Assembly (NCBI GenBank): GCA_035299275.1
Contig: DATGWX010000199.1
Coordinates: 1-26,512 of the forward strand
DNA: 26,512 bases
Reading direction: 5' to 3'
Origin: Bacteroidia bacterium
GTDB taxonomy: Bacteria; Bacteroidota; Bacteroidia; UKL13-3
Shown: in pieces, positions 15,422-24,561 of the stretch
Layout of the letters: every line of letters starts with the position of its first letter
Numbering within the stretch: the stretch's first letter is position 1
Program-made: the position numbers and the translations under genes
The notes under the pieces: generated by a model
Seen by the model: the letters and a program-made list of their open reading frames with translations, nothing else
Database searches by the model: none
Told to the model about the DNA's origin: nothing

Positions 15422-17506
15422 ATGAATTTTTGGCAACAGGCACCATTTGCCCGCATACTGCTTCCGTTTACCGGTGGAATTCTAAGTTCCCTGTTCCTGC
15501 ATATACCCGCTACAACTATAGCAGTAGTGGCCATAGTGTCATTACTGCTGTATACCATTTTATTCTTTTATGTGCGTAAACGTATTCAACGTGCCGTTAC
15601 TTTATGGAGCGGAGTGTTGTTACTGGTGGTGTGTTGGAGCTTTGGTGCATTGTGGCACGGGCAATACCACCAGCTCACCAAACAGGAGCATTTTACCTAC
15701 CACAAAAGCAAATACAAAATTGTACAGGTAGTAGAGGCTCCGGTAAAGAAAGAGAAGAGCATTAAGCTGGTAGTGAATGTAGAGGAGGTTATTCGCCATC
15801 AACAGCAGGAAAAGGTTATAGGTAAACTTTTGTTGTATGTGCAAAAGGATGAACAGGCAGAAAGTATACGTTACGGTGACAAACTGCTGTTGAATGTAAA
15901 TGAACGTTTGGTGGAAGAACCCCGGAATCCGGGTGAGTTTAACTACAAACGTTACCTGATGTTCAACAATATTTTTCATCAGGCATATTTGAAAAGCGAG
16001 AGCTACAAGATATTGGAACGTAATGCCGGCAATCCGGTTTTTGCTTACGCCTATAACACACGCGATAAACTGATTGCTATTTTTAAGCAGTACGTGGAAG
16101 GCGAAAAAGAGTTTGGTGTAAGTACAGCATTGGTGTTTGGTTATGTAGATGAACTGGACCCGGAGTTAATTCAGTCGTATTCCAACACGGGAACATTGCA
16201 TGTGTTGGCAGTATCGGGCATGCACGTGGGGATCATCTTTGTGGTGCTTAACTGGATGCTGGGTTTTATGGATTGCAACCGTAAATCGGCCATGCTTAAA
16301 GCAGTGCTCATCGGTATTTTTCTTTGGGGATATTCCATGGTGGCAGGTTTGTCTCCGTCTATACTGAGGGCCGCAACCATGTTCTCCTTTATCACCTTCG
16401 GTCAACTGATTAACCGCAGAAGTCAGATTTACAATACACTGGCTGCTTCGGCATTTATACTTATTTTGTTTAAACCCACCATTATTGCCAGTGTGGGTTT
16501 TCAGCTATCGTATGCAGCGGTATTGGGCATTGTGTTCATTCAACCTAAACTTTACCGTTTACTGTTGTTCCGCAATTATTTTGCTGATTTAATCTGGAAG
16601 ATAACAGCCGTTTCCATTGCTGCGCAAATCACCACTTTCCCCATGGGGCTGCTCTACTTTCATCAGTTTCCCAATTACTTTATTTTCTCTAACCTCATCA
16701 TCATTCCGCTCACTACAGTTATACTGTATGTAGGCATATTACTTATTGTATTCAGTTGGCAAAGCACGGCAGCCTTCTGGATAGGCAAAGCAATTTTCTG
16801 GGGAATAAAAGCAACTAACCTGTTGGTAGAATCCATTGACCGCTTGCCTTTCTCCACCCTCAATGGAATTTCCATCAGCATACCGGAAACCCTGCTGGTC
16901 TATATGATACTGTTTACTTTTATAGGGTACATATTATTGAAAAGAGCATTCTGGATGCAAACGGCCCTGGCTTGTGCTTTGGTGTTGGCGGGCTTCAACA
17001 TGTATGAGAAAAAAGAGCAAATGCAGCAACAGTATTTTATGGTGTACCATGTGCCCGGGCACAGTGCTATGGCAGGTTTTACAGGCTATGATGCACAGTT
17101 AATCACAGATAGTACACTGGCACAAAATGAATCGGCTATACGATTTTATATGCGGCACCATTGGTGGGAGCGGGGTATAACACAAGTAAATAAACATCCG
17201 CTTACCCTGCAGAAAAATTATTTGCTGCACAGTGGCGATAAAAAAATACTGTGGGTGAACAACGGAAAGTTGTTGCACCAAATGGAGGCCACTGATGTGG
17301 ATGCCGTGGTGCTCAGTAAGAACATATGGGTGGATATGCCTTTGCTGAAAGATAAATTTCAGCCTGAACAACTTATATTTGACGGCAGTAACAGCAGTAA
17401 AAAAATACACTACTGGAAGAAGGAAGCAGATAAACTGGCCCTTCGGTATGTAGATGTAACCACCCAAGGAGCTGCACAAATAAACGGATACATCTATGTC
17501 AGATAA
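15422..17506 (+). CDS. comEC: ComEC/Rec2 family DNA uptake channel
   Basis: N-terminal TMs plus OB-like DUF4131 region (YGDKL, PRNPGEFNYKRY), competence-domain HVLAVSGMHVG, LRAATM, GFQLSYAAV, NLIIIP. Confidence 0.93.
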   Translation: MNFWQQAPFARILLPFTGGILSSLFLHIPATTIAVVAIVSLLLYTILFFYVRKRIQRAVTLWSGVLLLVVCWSFGALWHGQYHQLTKQEHFTYHKSKYKIVQVVEAPVKKEKSIKLVVNVEEVIRHQQQEKVIGKLLLYVQKDEQAESIRYGDKLLLNVNERLVEEPRNPGEFNYKRYLMFNNIFHQAYLKSESYKILERNAGNPVFAYAYNTRDKLIAIFKQYVEGEKEFGVSTALVFGYVDELDPELIQSYSNTGTLHVLAVSGMHVGIIFVVLNWMLGFMDCNRKSAMLKAVLIGIFLWGYSMVAGLSPSILRAATMFSFITFGQLINRRSQIYNTLAASAFILILFKPTIIASVGFQLSYAAVLGIVFIQPKLYRLLLFRNYFADLIWKITAVSIAAQITTFPMGLLYFHQFPNYFIFSNLIIIPLTTVILYVGILLIVFSWQSTAAFWIGKAIFWGIKATNLLVESIDRLPFSTLNGISISIPETLLVYMILFTFIGYILLKRAFWMQTALACALVLAGFNMYEKKEQMQQQYFMVYHVPGHSAMAGFTGYDAQLITDSTLAQNESAIRFYMRHHWWERGITQVNKHPLTLQKNYLLHSGDKKILWVNNGKLLHQMEATDVDAVVLSKNIWVDMPLLKDKFQPEQLIFDGSNSSKKIHYWKKEADKLALRYVDVTTQGAAQINGYIYVR

Positions 17507-18275
17507 ACTGGTATTATACGAAGTAAACAACAGAGTCGGGTACATTACACTTAATCGTCCTGAAAAACGCAATGCACTTAATGCAGGTTTTGTAGAGGAA
17601 ATAAAAACGGTATTTAAAGAGGCAGAAGCTGATGTTTCCTGCAAAGTGATTGTACTTCGAGCCAACGGGGACGCCTTTTGCGCGGGTGCTGATTTGGGTT
17701 ATTTGCAATCGTTGCAAACCAACACCTATGAAGAAAATCTGGCCGACTCACAACACCTGATGGAGTTGTTTCGCATGATTCATTTGAGCAGTAAAGTAGT
17801 TATTGCACAAGTGAATGGCCCCGCCATGGCAGGTGGTTGCGGCTTAGCCGGAGTATGTGATTTTTCTTTCGCTACACCAGAATCAACATTTGCGTATACA
17901 GAAGTGAAAATAGGTTTTATACCGGCTATAGTCATGGTTTTTCTGGTGCGTAAAATAGGTGAAGGTAAAGCCCGTGAATTATTACTTACCGGAGATGTAA
18001 TAGATGCAGCCCAAGCACAGCAGATGGGCTTAATCAATTATGTAGAATCCGCAGCTACATTATCAGAGCGTGTACAATCTTTTGCTGAACGCTTGTGCAA
18101 AACAGCCTCGGGGCAGTCATTAAAGTTAGTGAAAGAAATGCTGGCAGGTGTGCAGGACAGAACATTGGAAGAGGCATTGCTGTATGCTGCCACTATGAAT
18201 GCCAATGCCCGGGCCACAGAAGATTGCAAGCGAGGCATCTCAGCCTTTTTGAATAAAGAAAAACTATCATGGTAA
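17496..18275 (+). CDS. Enoyl-CoA hydratase/isomerase, methylglutaconyl-CoA hydratase-like
   Basis: LNRPEKRNAL, FCAGADL, VNGPAMAGGCGL, TEVKIGFIPA, EGI-like RGISAFLNK. Confidence 0.9.
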   Translation: MSDKLVLYEVNNRVGYITLNRPEKRNALNAGFVEEIKTVFKEAEADVSCKVIVLRANGDAFCAGADLGYLQSLQTNTYEENLADSQHLMELFRMIHLSSKVVIAQVNGPAMAGGCGLAGVCDFSFATPESTFAYTEVKIGFIPAIVMVFLVRKIGEGKARELLLTGDVIDAAQAQQMGLINYVESAATLSERVQSFAERLCKTASGQSLKLVKEMLAGVQDRTLEEALLYAATMNANARATEDCKRGISAFLNKEKLSW

Positions 18276-18925
18276 AACGCCTCGCACTTTTTGCAGTTAC
18301 TTTTTTTGCGGTGTTGGTTACACAGGCACAACTGAATGAAGGAGTGGCTTATTATTCGGTAACTTACCCCTCGCTTAAACCGGAAATGCGCAAGTACATA
18401 AATGTTTTGCCCAGCACCATGGTGTTCACTTTCCGACATCACATGTTTGTGAGTGAAGTGTTAACTTCCGGTTCTTACTCCAGAACCATAGGTGATGCAC
18501 GCAGCCGTGATTTAACCATTTTGGCTGAGATGAAAGGCAGAAAAGTAATGGTGCGGAGAAGCGGATACAATTACGAAGAATTAAAACCTAAAGTTTTTGT
18601 TACCTTAAGCAATGAAACTAAAATGATAGCCGGTTACCGCTGTAAAAAGGCAGATGTGATTACGCTGGATTATGAAAACAATACCAGCAATTCTGTAATT
18701 TGGTACTGCGATAGTATTGGTTCGCAAAGTTTCAGTTATGAACAGCATTACCCCCAAATTAAAGGACTGATGATGGAGTACACCGTAAAGCAGGGCGATA
18801 TTGAAATGGTATACACTGTAACCAAAGTAGAAGCAAAGCCGGTGGACAAGAACGTGTTTGTGATTCCCTCATCAGGGTTTGAGTTGATGACCGACCGCGA
18901 ATTTATGCACCTGATGAATAAATAA
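18269..18925 (+). CDS. Secreted GLPGLI-family-like protein
   Basis: Signal peptide. ETKMIAGYRCKKA motif, VIWYCDSI, YPQIKGLMMEY (variant of GLPGLI), VFVIP C-terminus. Confidence 0.75.
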   Translation: MVKRLALFAVTFFAVLVTQAQLNEGVAYYSVTYPSLKPEMRKYINVLPSTMVFTFRHHMFVSEVLTSGSYSRTIGDARSRDLTILAEMKGRKVMVRRSGYNYEELKPKVFVTLSNETKMIAGYRCKKADVITLDYENNTSNSVIWYCDSIGSQSFSYEQHYPQIKGLMMEYTVKQGDIEMVYTVTKVEAKPVDKNVFVIPSSGFELMTDREFMHLMNK

Positions 18926-18943
18926 TACCTTGTTGGTTAAAGT

Positions 18944-19540
18944 CTAGAACAGCTCCAATTGTTCAATGCCCATACTGAAACTTTTACGATGATGTTCCGT
19001 AGTGCCGAATCTGGCTATGGCTTTGCGGTGGTCAACAGTGCCGTAGCCCTTATTTTTATGCCAGGCGTATTGCGGAAACTGTTCATGCAACCTTAGCATA
19101 TAAGCATCACGGTATGTTTTGGCCAGAATAGAAGCCGCTGCAATACTTTGGTACAGTGCATCGCCATCTACCACGCAGCGGTAAGGAATATTTTTATACG
19201 GTTTAAAGCGGTTGCCGTCAATGAGCAACAACTGAGGTGTTGTGCTTAGTTTCCCTGCGGCCGTTTGCATCGCTTTTATGGAAGCATTCAGAATGTTGAT
19301 TTTATCCAATTCATTAACGTCAATTTGAGCTACTGCCCAGGTCAACGCTTTGTTCTCTATCTCATCGCGCAGCAGCAATCTTTTTTTCTCACTCAACTTT
19401 TTGGAATCATCTAACCCGCTGATGCGTTTTGTTTTATCGAGCATAACGGATGCGGCAAAAACCGGCCCGGCCAGGCAGCCTCTTCCGGCCTCGTCACAAC
19501 CAGCTTCCAGCACTTCATACTGATAAAATTTCTTTAACAT
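18944..19540 (-). CDS. rnhB: Ribonuclease HII
   Basis: Start moved to ATG 19540. AGCDEAGRGCLAGPV, DDSKKL, LLIDGN, GDA...SIAAASILAKTYRD, KGYGT...H. Confidence 0.97.
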   Translation of the reverse strand: MLKKFYQYEVLEAGCDEAGRGCLAGPVFAASVMLDKTKRISGLDDSKKLSEKKRLLLRDEIENKALTWAVAQIDVNELDKINILNASIKAMQTAAGKLSTTPQLLLIDGNRFKPYKNIPYRCVVDGDALYQSIAAASILAKTYRDAYMLRLHEQFPQYAWHKNKGYGTVDHRKAIARFGTTEHHRKSFSMGIEQLELF

Positions 19541-19550
19541 ACGGGATACG

Positions 19551-19570
19551 CAAAAATATTGATATGTTTG
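19551..19570. promoter_or_regulatory. Back-to-back divergent -7 elements: TATTTTTG (minus, 19551-19558) and TATGTTTG (plus, 19563-19570)
   Basis: Two exact TAnnTTTG matches in the 42-nt gap between rnhB and the methyltransferase starts. Confidence 0.65.
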
Positions 19571-19582
19571 CATAACAACGCT

Positions 19583-20317
19583 ATGTACCAATACCGCGAA
19601 AGATTTTATAAGCAATACTACCGCAGTCAGGCAGGTAGAAGTAATTTTAAAAGCAACCGGGAAGAAAAACTGCTGCTTGATCAAAAACATTTTGGCAAGG
19701 AAATACTGCCTTTGGTAGATAAAGCTAAAGATGCTCGCATACTGGACATTGGTTGTGGTTACGGTAGTTTGTTATACACGTTTAAAAAGGCAGGTTATAC
19801 CAACTGCATTGGTATTGATTTAAGCGAAGAACAAATTAAGGTGGCACATGAGTTGGGCATTCCCGAAGCAAAACTGGAAGACTTGCGTGTACACCTTAAA
19901 ACTCACCTCAATACTTACGATGTTATTACCGGAATGGACATTATCGAACACTTCAGTAAAGATGAAGTAATCGAAGTGCTCGATTTGGTGCGTGAGGCAT
20001 TAAAGCCGGATGGGTTGGCCCTGTTTCGCACCCCCAATGTAGATGCACCTTACTCTACTGTTTTTTACTTTGGTGATTTTACACATGAAAATTTTCTGAA
20101 CTTTTCTTCAGCTACACAGCTCATGGAAAATATAGGTTTCAGCAAAGTGCAGGTATTGTCGAGTACCTTACTGGTACAAGGCGTTCTTAAAGATTTTATC
20201 AGACGCATTTGCTGGCACGTGATTATATTTTTTGCCCAGCTTACGCTGTTCGCCTCCGGCCGATCAAAGTCAAATGTAATTTTCACACCCAACCTGGTTA
20301 TCCGGGTTAGGAAATAA
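19583..20317 (+). CDS. Class I SAM-dependent methyltransferase
   Basis: Start moved to ATG 19583, just downstream of the plus-strand -7 element. ILDIGCGYG motif [30 protein letters not shown]. Confidence 0.9.
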   Translation: MYQYRERFYKQYYRSQAGRSNFKSNREEKLLLDQKHFGKEILPLVDKAKDARILDIGCGYGSLLYTFKKAGYTNCIGIDLSEEQIKVAHELGIPEAKLEDLRVHLKTHLNTYDVITGMDIIEHFSKDEVIEVLDLVREALKPDGLALFRTPNVDAPYSTVFYFGDFTHENFLNFSSATQLMENIGFSKVQVLSSTLLVQGVLKDFIRRICWHVIIFFAQLTLFASGRSKSNVIFTPNLVIRVRK

Positions 20318-20333
20318 AACACTCCCAACCATT

Positions 20334-21998
20334 ATGAAATCAGACATTGAAATTTCCCGCGAAACTAAATTAGAGCGTATTCAAAAAATTGCTTCCAACA
20401 TTGGTATTGATGAAGAACAATTGGAACTCTACGGCAAGTACAAAGCTAAAGTTGATGCAACTATTGATGAGAGCCGTGTAGCCAAGAGTAACCTCATACT
20501 GGTTACTGCCATTACACCTAACAAGGCCGGTGTTGGAAAAACAACCACCTCAGTGGCACTCGCTTTGGGATTAAATAAAATTGGGAAAAAAGCTATTGTA
20601 GCTTTGCGTGAACCATCACTGGGTCCGTGCTTTGGTATGAAAGGCGGAGCAGCAGGTGGAGGTTATTCGCAAGTGTTGCCCATGGAAGATATTAACCTGC
20701 ATTTTACAGGCGATTTTCACGCCATTACTTGCGCCAACAATACACTGGCAGCATTGATTGATAATTACCAGTATTTTAATAAAGGCTCACAAAAAGCACT
20801 CAAGCAAATTTTGTGGAAACGGGTGCTGGACGTAAATGATCGTTCATTACGTTACATCTTAAGCGGATTAAATGGCAGCACCAACGGTATTCCCGCTGAG
20901 ACAGGTTTTGATATAACTCCTGCATCAGAGATTATGGCCATTTTGTGTTTGTCAAAAAGCGTGGAAGATTTACGTGAACGCATCAACAATATTCTTATTG
21001 GTTACACGTACGACAAAGAACCATTTTATGTACGCGATTTGAAAATGGCGGGTGCCATTGTAACTTTACTGAAAGATGCCATTAAGCCCAACTTAGTGCA
21101 AACCACAGAAAACACTCCGGCTTTTATACACGGTGGTCCGTTTGCCAACATTGCCCATGGATGTAACTCCATTATGGCGACCAAAACTGCCATGATGTAC
21201 GGAGATTACGTAGTAACCGAAGCCGGTTTTGGAAGTGATTTGGGTGCAGAGAAATTCCTCAACATCAAATGCCGTATTGCCGGCTTGTCTCCAAAAGCAA
21301 CGGTGTTGGTAGCTACCTCACAGGCATTGAAACTGCACGGTGGAGTGGATGAAAAGAAAATTAAAGAACCCAACTTAGACGGATTAAAAAACGGATTAAA
21401 GAACCTGCAGCGCCACATTGAAATTTTGCAAAGCTTCGGGCAAAGCGTAGTTATCGGATTCAACCGTTTTGGTTTTGATACACAAGAAGAGCTTGACTAC
21501 ATTGCCAACTGGTGCAAGGAGCAAGGTGCTGATTTTGCCCTGAACGATGGTTTTGCCAAGGGTGGTGACGGAGCCAAAGCACTGGCTGAAAAAGTGATTG
21601 AAGTAATTGAAAACAAACCTTCCAAACCGCTCACTCACACATATGAGTTAACCGATAGTGTGGAAGACAAACTGAACAAAATTGTTCGTACCATTTACAA
21701 AGGCAAAGGAGTTATTTTAAGCAAGAGCGCCAGAACACAGTTGAAAAAAATCAACGAGATGGGCTTTGATAAATTCCCGGTGTGTATTGCCAAAACACAA
21801 TATTCGTTTAGCGATGATGCCAGCCGTTTGGGTGTAGCCGAAGGATTTGATATTACCATCGAAAACCTGGTAGTGAACTGTGGTGCCGGATTTATAGTAG
21901 CTGTAGCCGGTGAAATTATGCGCATGCCCGGTTTACCTAAAGAACCCCAAGCTCTTCATATCGATATGGTGAACGGAGAGATTGTAGGATTGAGTTAA
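20334..21998 (+). CDS. fhs: Formate--tetrahydrofolate ligase
   Basis: [84 protein letters not shown]. Confidence 0.98.
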   Translation: MKSDIEISRETKLERIQKIASNIGIDEEQLELYGKYKAKVDATIDESRVAKSNLILVTAITPNKAGVGKTTTSVALALGLNKIGKKAIVALREPSLGPCFGMKGGAAGGGYSQVLPMEDINLHFTGDFHAITCANNTLAALIDNYQYFNKGSQKALKQILWKRVLDVNDRSLRYILSGLNGSTNGIPAETGFDITPASEIMAILCLSKSVEDLRERINNILIGYTYDKEPFYVRDLKMAGAIVTLLKDAIKPNLVQTTENTPAFIHGGPFANIAHGCNSIMATKTAMMYGDYVVTEAGFGSDLGAEKFLNIKCRIAGLSPKATVLVATSQALKLHGGVDEKKIKEPNLDGLKNGLKNLQRHIEILQSFGQSVVIGFNRFGFDTQEELDYIANWCKEQGADFALNDGFAKGGDGAKALAEKVIEVIENKPSKPLTHTYELTDSVEDKLNKIVRTIYKGKGVILSKSARTQLKKINEMGFDKFPVCIAKTQYSFSDDASRLGVAEGFDITIENLVVNCGAGFIVAVAGEIMRMPGLPKEPQALHIDMVNGEIVGLS

Positions 21999-22016
21999 GA
22001 AAGAAAATTAGATTTA

Positions 22017-22065
22017 AAACCCTGACCAGGTCTTTATGCGGGAGTACAAAGACCTGTCAGGGTTT
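22017..22065. repeat. Long inverted repeat (REP-like / bidirectional terminator) AAACCCTGAC(C)AGGTCTTT - 12 nt - AAAGACCTGTCAGGGTTT
   Basis: 18-bp stem with one bulged C, between the convergent fhs and DUF2490 genes. Confidence 0.7.
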
Positions 22066-22075
22066 ATTTATTTAC

Positions 22076-22879
22076 TTAGTTAGGGTTCTTTCTCAAATCC
22101 AGATTAAGAAAGGAGTTTATGATAAAACCCTGATTATACTGAAAAACATTTTGTGTGCGTATTTGACGACCAAGTTGTACTATCTGGCAAAAATAGCCAC
22201 CTTCCACTTTAAATTTTTTATTAAATTGATAACCCAAAAGTAGCCCGGTACGGTTCTGGTCAAAAATGTTTTGCCCCACTTTGTTGCCAAAACCTAAAAA
22301 GACTTCATCATATACAACTGCATAGGGGAAGCGATTTGATTTGTCGACATTATCTGGTTTGCTTTCTAGAGATGAGGCAACCGAAGTAAGTGGTAGTTGA
22401 GCTCTGAACATATACCTCAGTCGATTAACATAAGTCCATTTGTCGCGCTCAGTAGAAGCAGCCGCGTTATATGTGGCCAGCCAGCGTTGTTCCAACATGT
22501 ACCGGTTGCTGAGCTCCAAACGCCCTATTTTTTGTTTAGTAGTAAGTGCCTCATACATCCTGTGTTCAGTAAACTGTTTCCCAAACGTATTGATAGGGTA
22601 CTTCCCGTAAGGATATGTTTCTATCCACCCGTAACCCACACGAAAAACGGCATCATCATTCAGGTGATAGTTAATTCCGGTACGTAGTAAACTTTGTTGC
22701 CAGGTGGTAATAAAATTATTTCTGCGCCACTGGTACTCGATATGTCCGCTCCACTTCTGTGCGAATTTCAGGGTGGAGGTATTGGTGTACCAACCAATAT
22801 TGTTATGGTCATTTATCCGCGGTTGTGCAAATACGTGAATATTGCACAGTACTAATGCCAATGCTGTGTATTTTTTCAT
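22076..22879 (-). CDS. DUF2490 family outer-membrane beta-barrel protein
   Basis: Signal peptide. EYQWRR, QQSLLRTGINY, EHRMYE, NRYMLEQRW, NRLRY, YDEVFL, FDQNR and GYQF motifs typical of DUF2490. Confidence 0.88.
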   Translation of the reverse strand: MKKYTALALVLCNIHVFAQPRINDHNNIGWYTNTSTLKFAQKWSGHIEYQWRRNNFITTWQQSLLRTGINYHLNDDAVFRVGYGWIETYPYGKYPINTFGKQFTEHRMYEALTTKQKIGRLELSNRYMLEQRWLATYNAAASTERDKWTYVNRLRYMFRAQLPLTSVASSLESKPDNVDKSNRFPYAVVYDEVFLGFGNKVGQNIFDQNRTGLLLGYQFNKKFKVEGGYFCQIVQLGRQIRTQNVFQYNQGFIINSFLNLDLRKNPN

Positions 22880-22888
22880 ATTGTATTT

Positions 22889-24544
22889 TTAGCCATTTAA
22901 CTTCATGTACTTTCTGGTTGCATGCGGGTGTGTTGAAAGCGGTTGATGGTTATCTAACCCCACTATTACAAATCGCCCACCGTGCTCTTCATAGTGGTGA
23001 GCCAGTTCTTCCATATGCTCCATTACCGTATGGTCAACCAGTTTCACTTCAGAGAAGTCAACCGTTATATTTTTTCCCTGTGGCAAATTATCCAATTGTT
23101 TTTTCAATCCAATGTAATTACTGAAAATAGCTGAATGTTCTACATCTATAATGTAGGTATGCTCATCAGGCTGTGTAATGGTAAGAAAAGGTTTAAACAA
23201 ACTTTTTAACGGTACACCATTATAGGTGTGAATAATCAGTTTTACTAAAATTCCGGCTGCAATACCAACGAGTAAATCACTGGCAAGTGTGACCACAATG
23301 GTGGAGATAAAAATAAGCAACTGTTCTTTTCCTGTACGGTAAGTTGCAACAAATTCTTTTGGAGAAGCCAGCCGGTACCCCGTAACCATAAGCATAGCCG
23401 CCAAGGCAGCCAGCGGGATTTGGTGAATAACCTGGCTGAGGAAAACTACAAAAATCAGAAGAAAAACTCCATGGAAGAAATTTGCCCAACGGGTTTTGGC
23501 TTGATTGTTTACATTAGCTGAACTACGCACTACTTCGGCAATAATGGGTAAACCACCCAAGGCAGAGGATAAAATGTTTCCTGACCCTTTCGCAAATAAC
23601 TCGCGGTTAAAATTTGATTTACGTTTGTAAGGATCAAGTTTGTCAATGGCCTTTGCGGTTAATAGAGATTCCAGGCTGGCTACTAACGCATAGGTAATCA
23701 TCATTTGAATACCAAAAGAAGTAAACAGGTAATCAAATCTGGGGAATACAATTCCATCTAACACATGCTCCGGGAGAGCTACGAGAAACTTTGGCCCCAG
23801 GGTGTATTCATGCCCGTCAAGAAAAAGGTACTTATGTTCATGTTCTAAATCGAAGAAATGTCCGAGCGGAATAGTAACTAATACCACCAATAATGGTGCA
23901 GGTATCATGTTAACATATTTGTTTTTTACCAGCGGTAAGCCAATCAGAATAATCAAACTTACTATTGCTATTACAGCTACCTCAGGATTCATGTTCATCA
24001 CACTATTCGGAATGGCGGCAATTACTTCGAGCATTTCTTTACCTTCTGGTTTTACACCCACAGCAGTATGAAACTGCTTGGCAAAAATCATAATACCTAT
24101 AGCAGCCAACATGCCGTGCACTACAGATGAAGGGAAGAAATTGCTGAGTACACCTGCTTTTACTAGTCCGAAAAGTAACTGTAATACTCCGCAACCCACT
24201 CCCACAGCCAGTGTAGCCTGGTAGGCAAACATCTCTGTTTCTTCAGGACTTAAACCAGCCGGTGCCATGCTGCGAAAGCCGTCTATACTCATCAGCACAA
24301 TTACAGCTAAACCTGCCGCTGGTCCGTTTATGGTTAAGTAAGAGCCGCTTGTTAAGGAGAGAATCAGCCCCCCCGTTATCCCGGCAATAATGCCGGCCAT
24401 AGGTGGAACACCTGAGGCCATGGCAATGCCCAAACAAAGTGGTAAGGCAATTAAAGAGATAATAAATCCGGAAAGCAAATCGCTTTTCCAGTTTTCTTTA
24501 AGTCCTGCTATTCCGTCAGCAGGGATATATTTTTTTGAAATCAT
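22889..24544 (-). CDS. SulP (SLC26) family anion permease with C-terminal STAS domain; probable bicarbonate transporter
   Basis: DLLSGFIISLIALPLCLGIAMASG, INGPAAGL, ASLESLL, GGLPIIAEVVRSSAN, STAS-like IFSNY...DFSEVKLVDHT. Confidence 0.93.
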   Translation of the reverse strand: MISKKYIPADGIAGLKENWKSDLLSGFIISLIALPLCLGIAMASGVPPMAGIIAGITGGLILSLTSGSYLTINGPAAGLAVIVLMSIDGFRSMAPAGLSPEETEMFAYQATLAVGVGCGVLQLLFGLVKAGVLSNFFPSSVVHGMLAAIGIMIFAKQFHTAVGVKPEGKEMLEVIAAIPNSVMNMNPEVAVIAIVSLIILIGLPLVKNKYVNMIPAPLLVVLVTIPLGHFFDLEHEHKYLFLDGHEYTLGPKFLVALPEHVLDGIVFPRFDYLFTSFGIQMMITYALVASLESLLTAKAIDKLDPYKRKSNFNRELFAKGSGNILSSALGGLPIIAEVVRSSANVNNQAKTRWANFFHGVFLLIFVVFLSQVIHQIPLAALAAMLMVTGYRLASPKEFVATYRTGKEQLLIFISTIVVTLASDLLVGIAAGILVKLIIHTYNGVPLKSLFKPFLTITQPDEHTYIIDVEHSAIFSNYIGLKKQLDNLPQGKNITVDFSEVKLVDHTVMEHMEELAHHYEEHGGRFVIVGLDNHQPLSTHPHATRKYMKLNG

Positions 24545-24561
24545 GTTTGTTTAATTGAAGG

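Noticed and set aside
17099-17665. 188-aa minus-strand ORF across the comEC/enoyl-CoA hydratase junction, and similar shadow ORFs throughout the track
   Set aside because: Fully overlap well-supported genes; no family signature.
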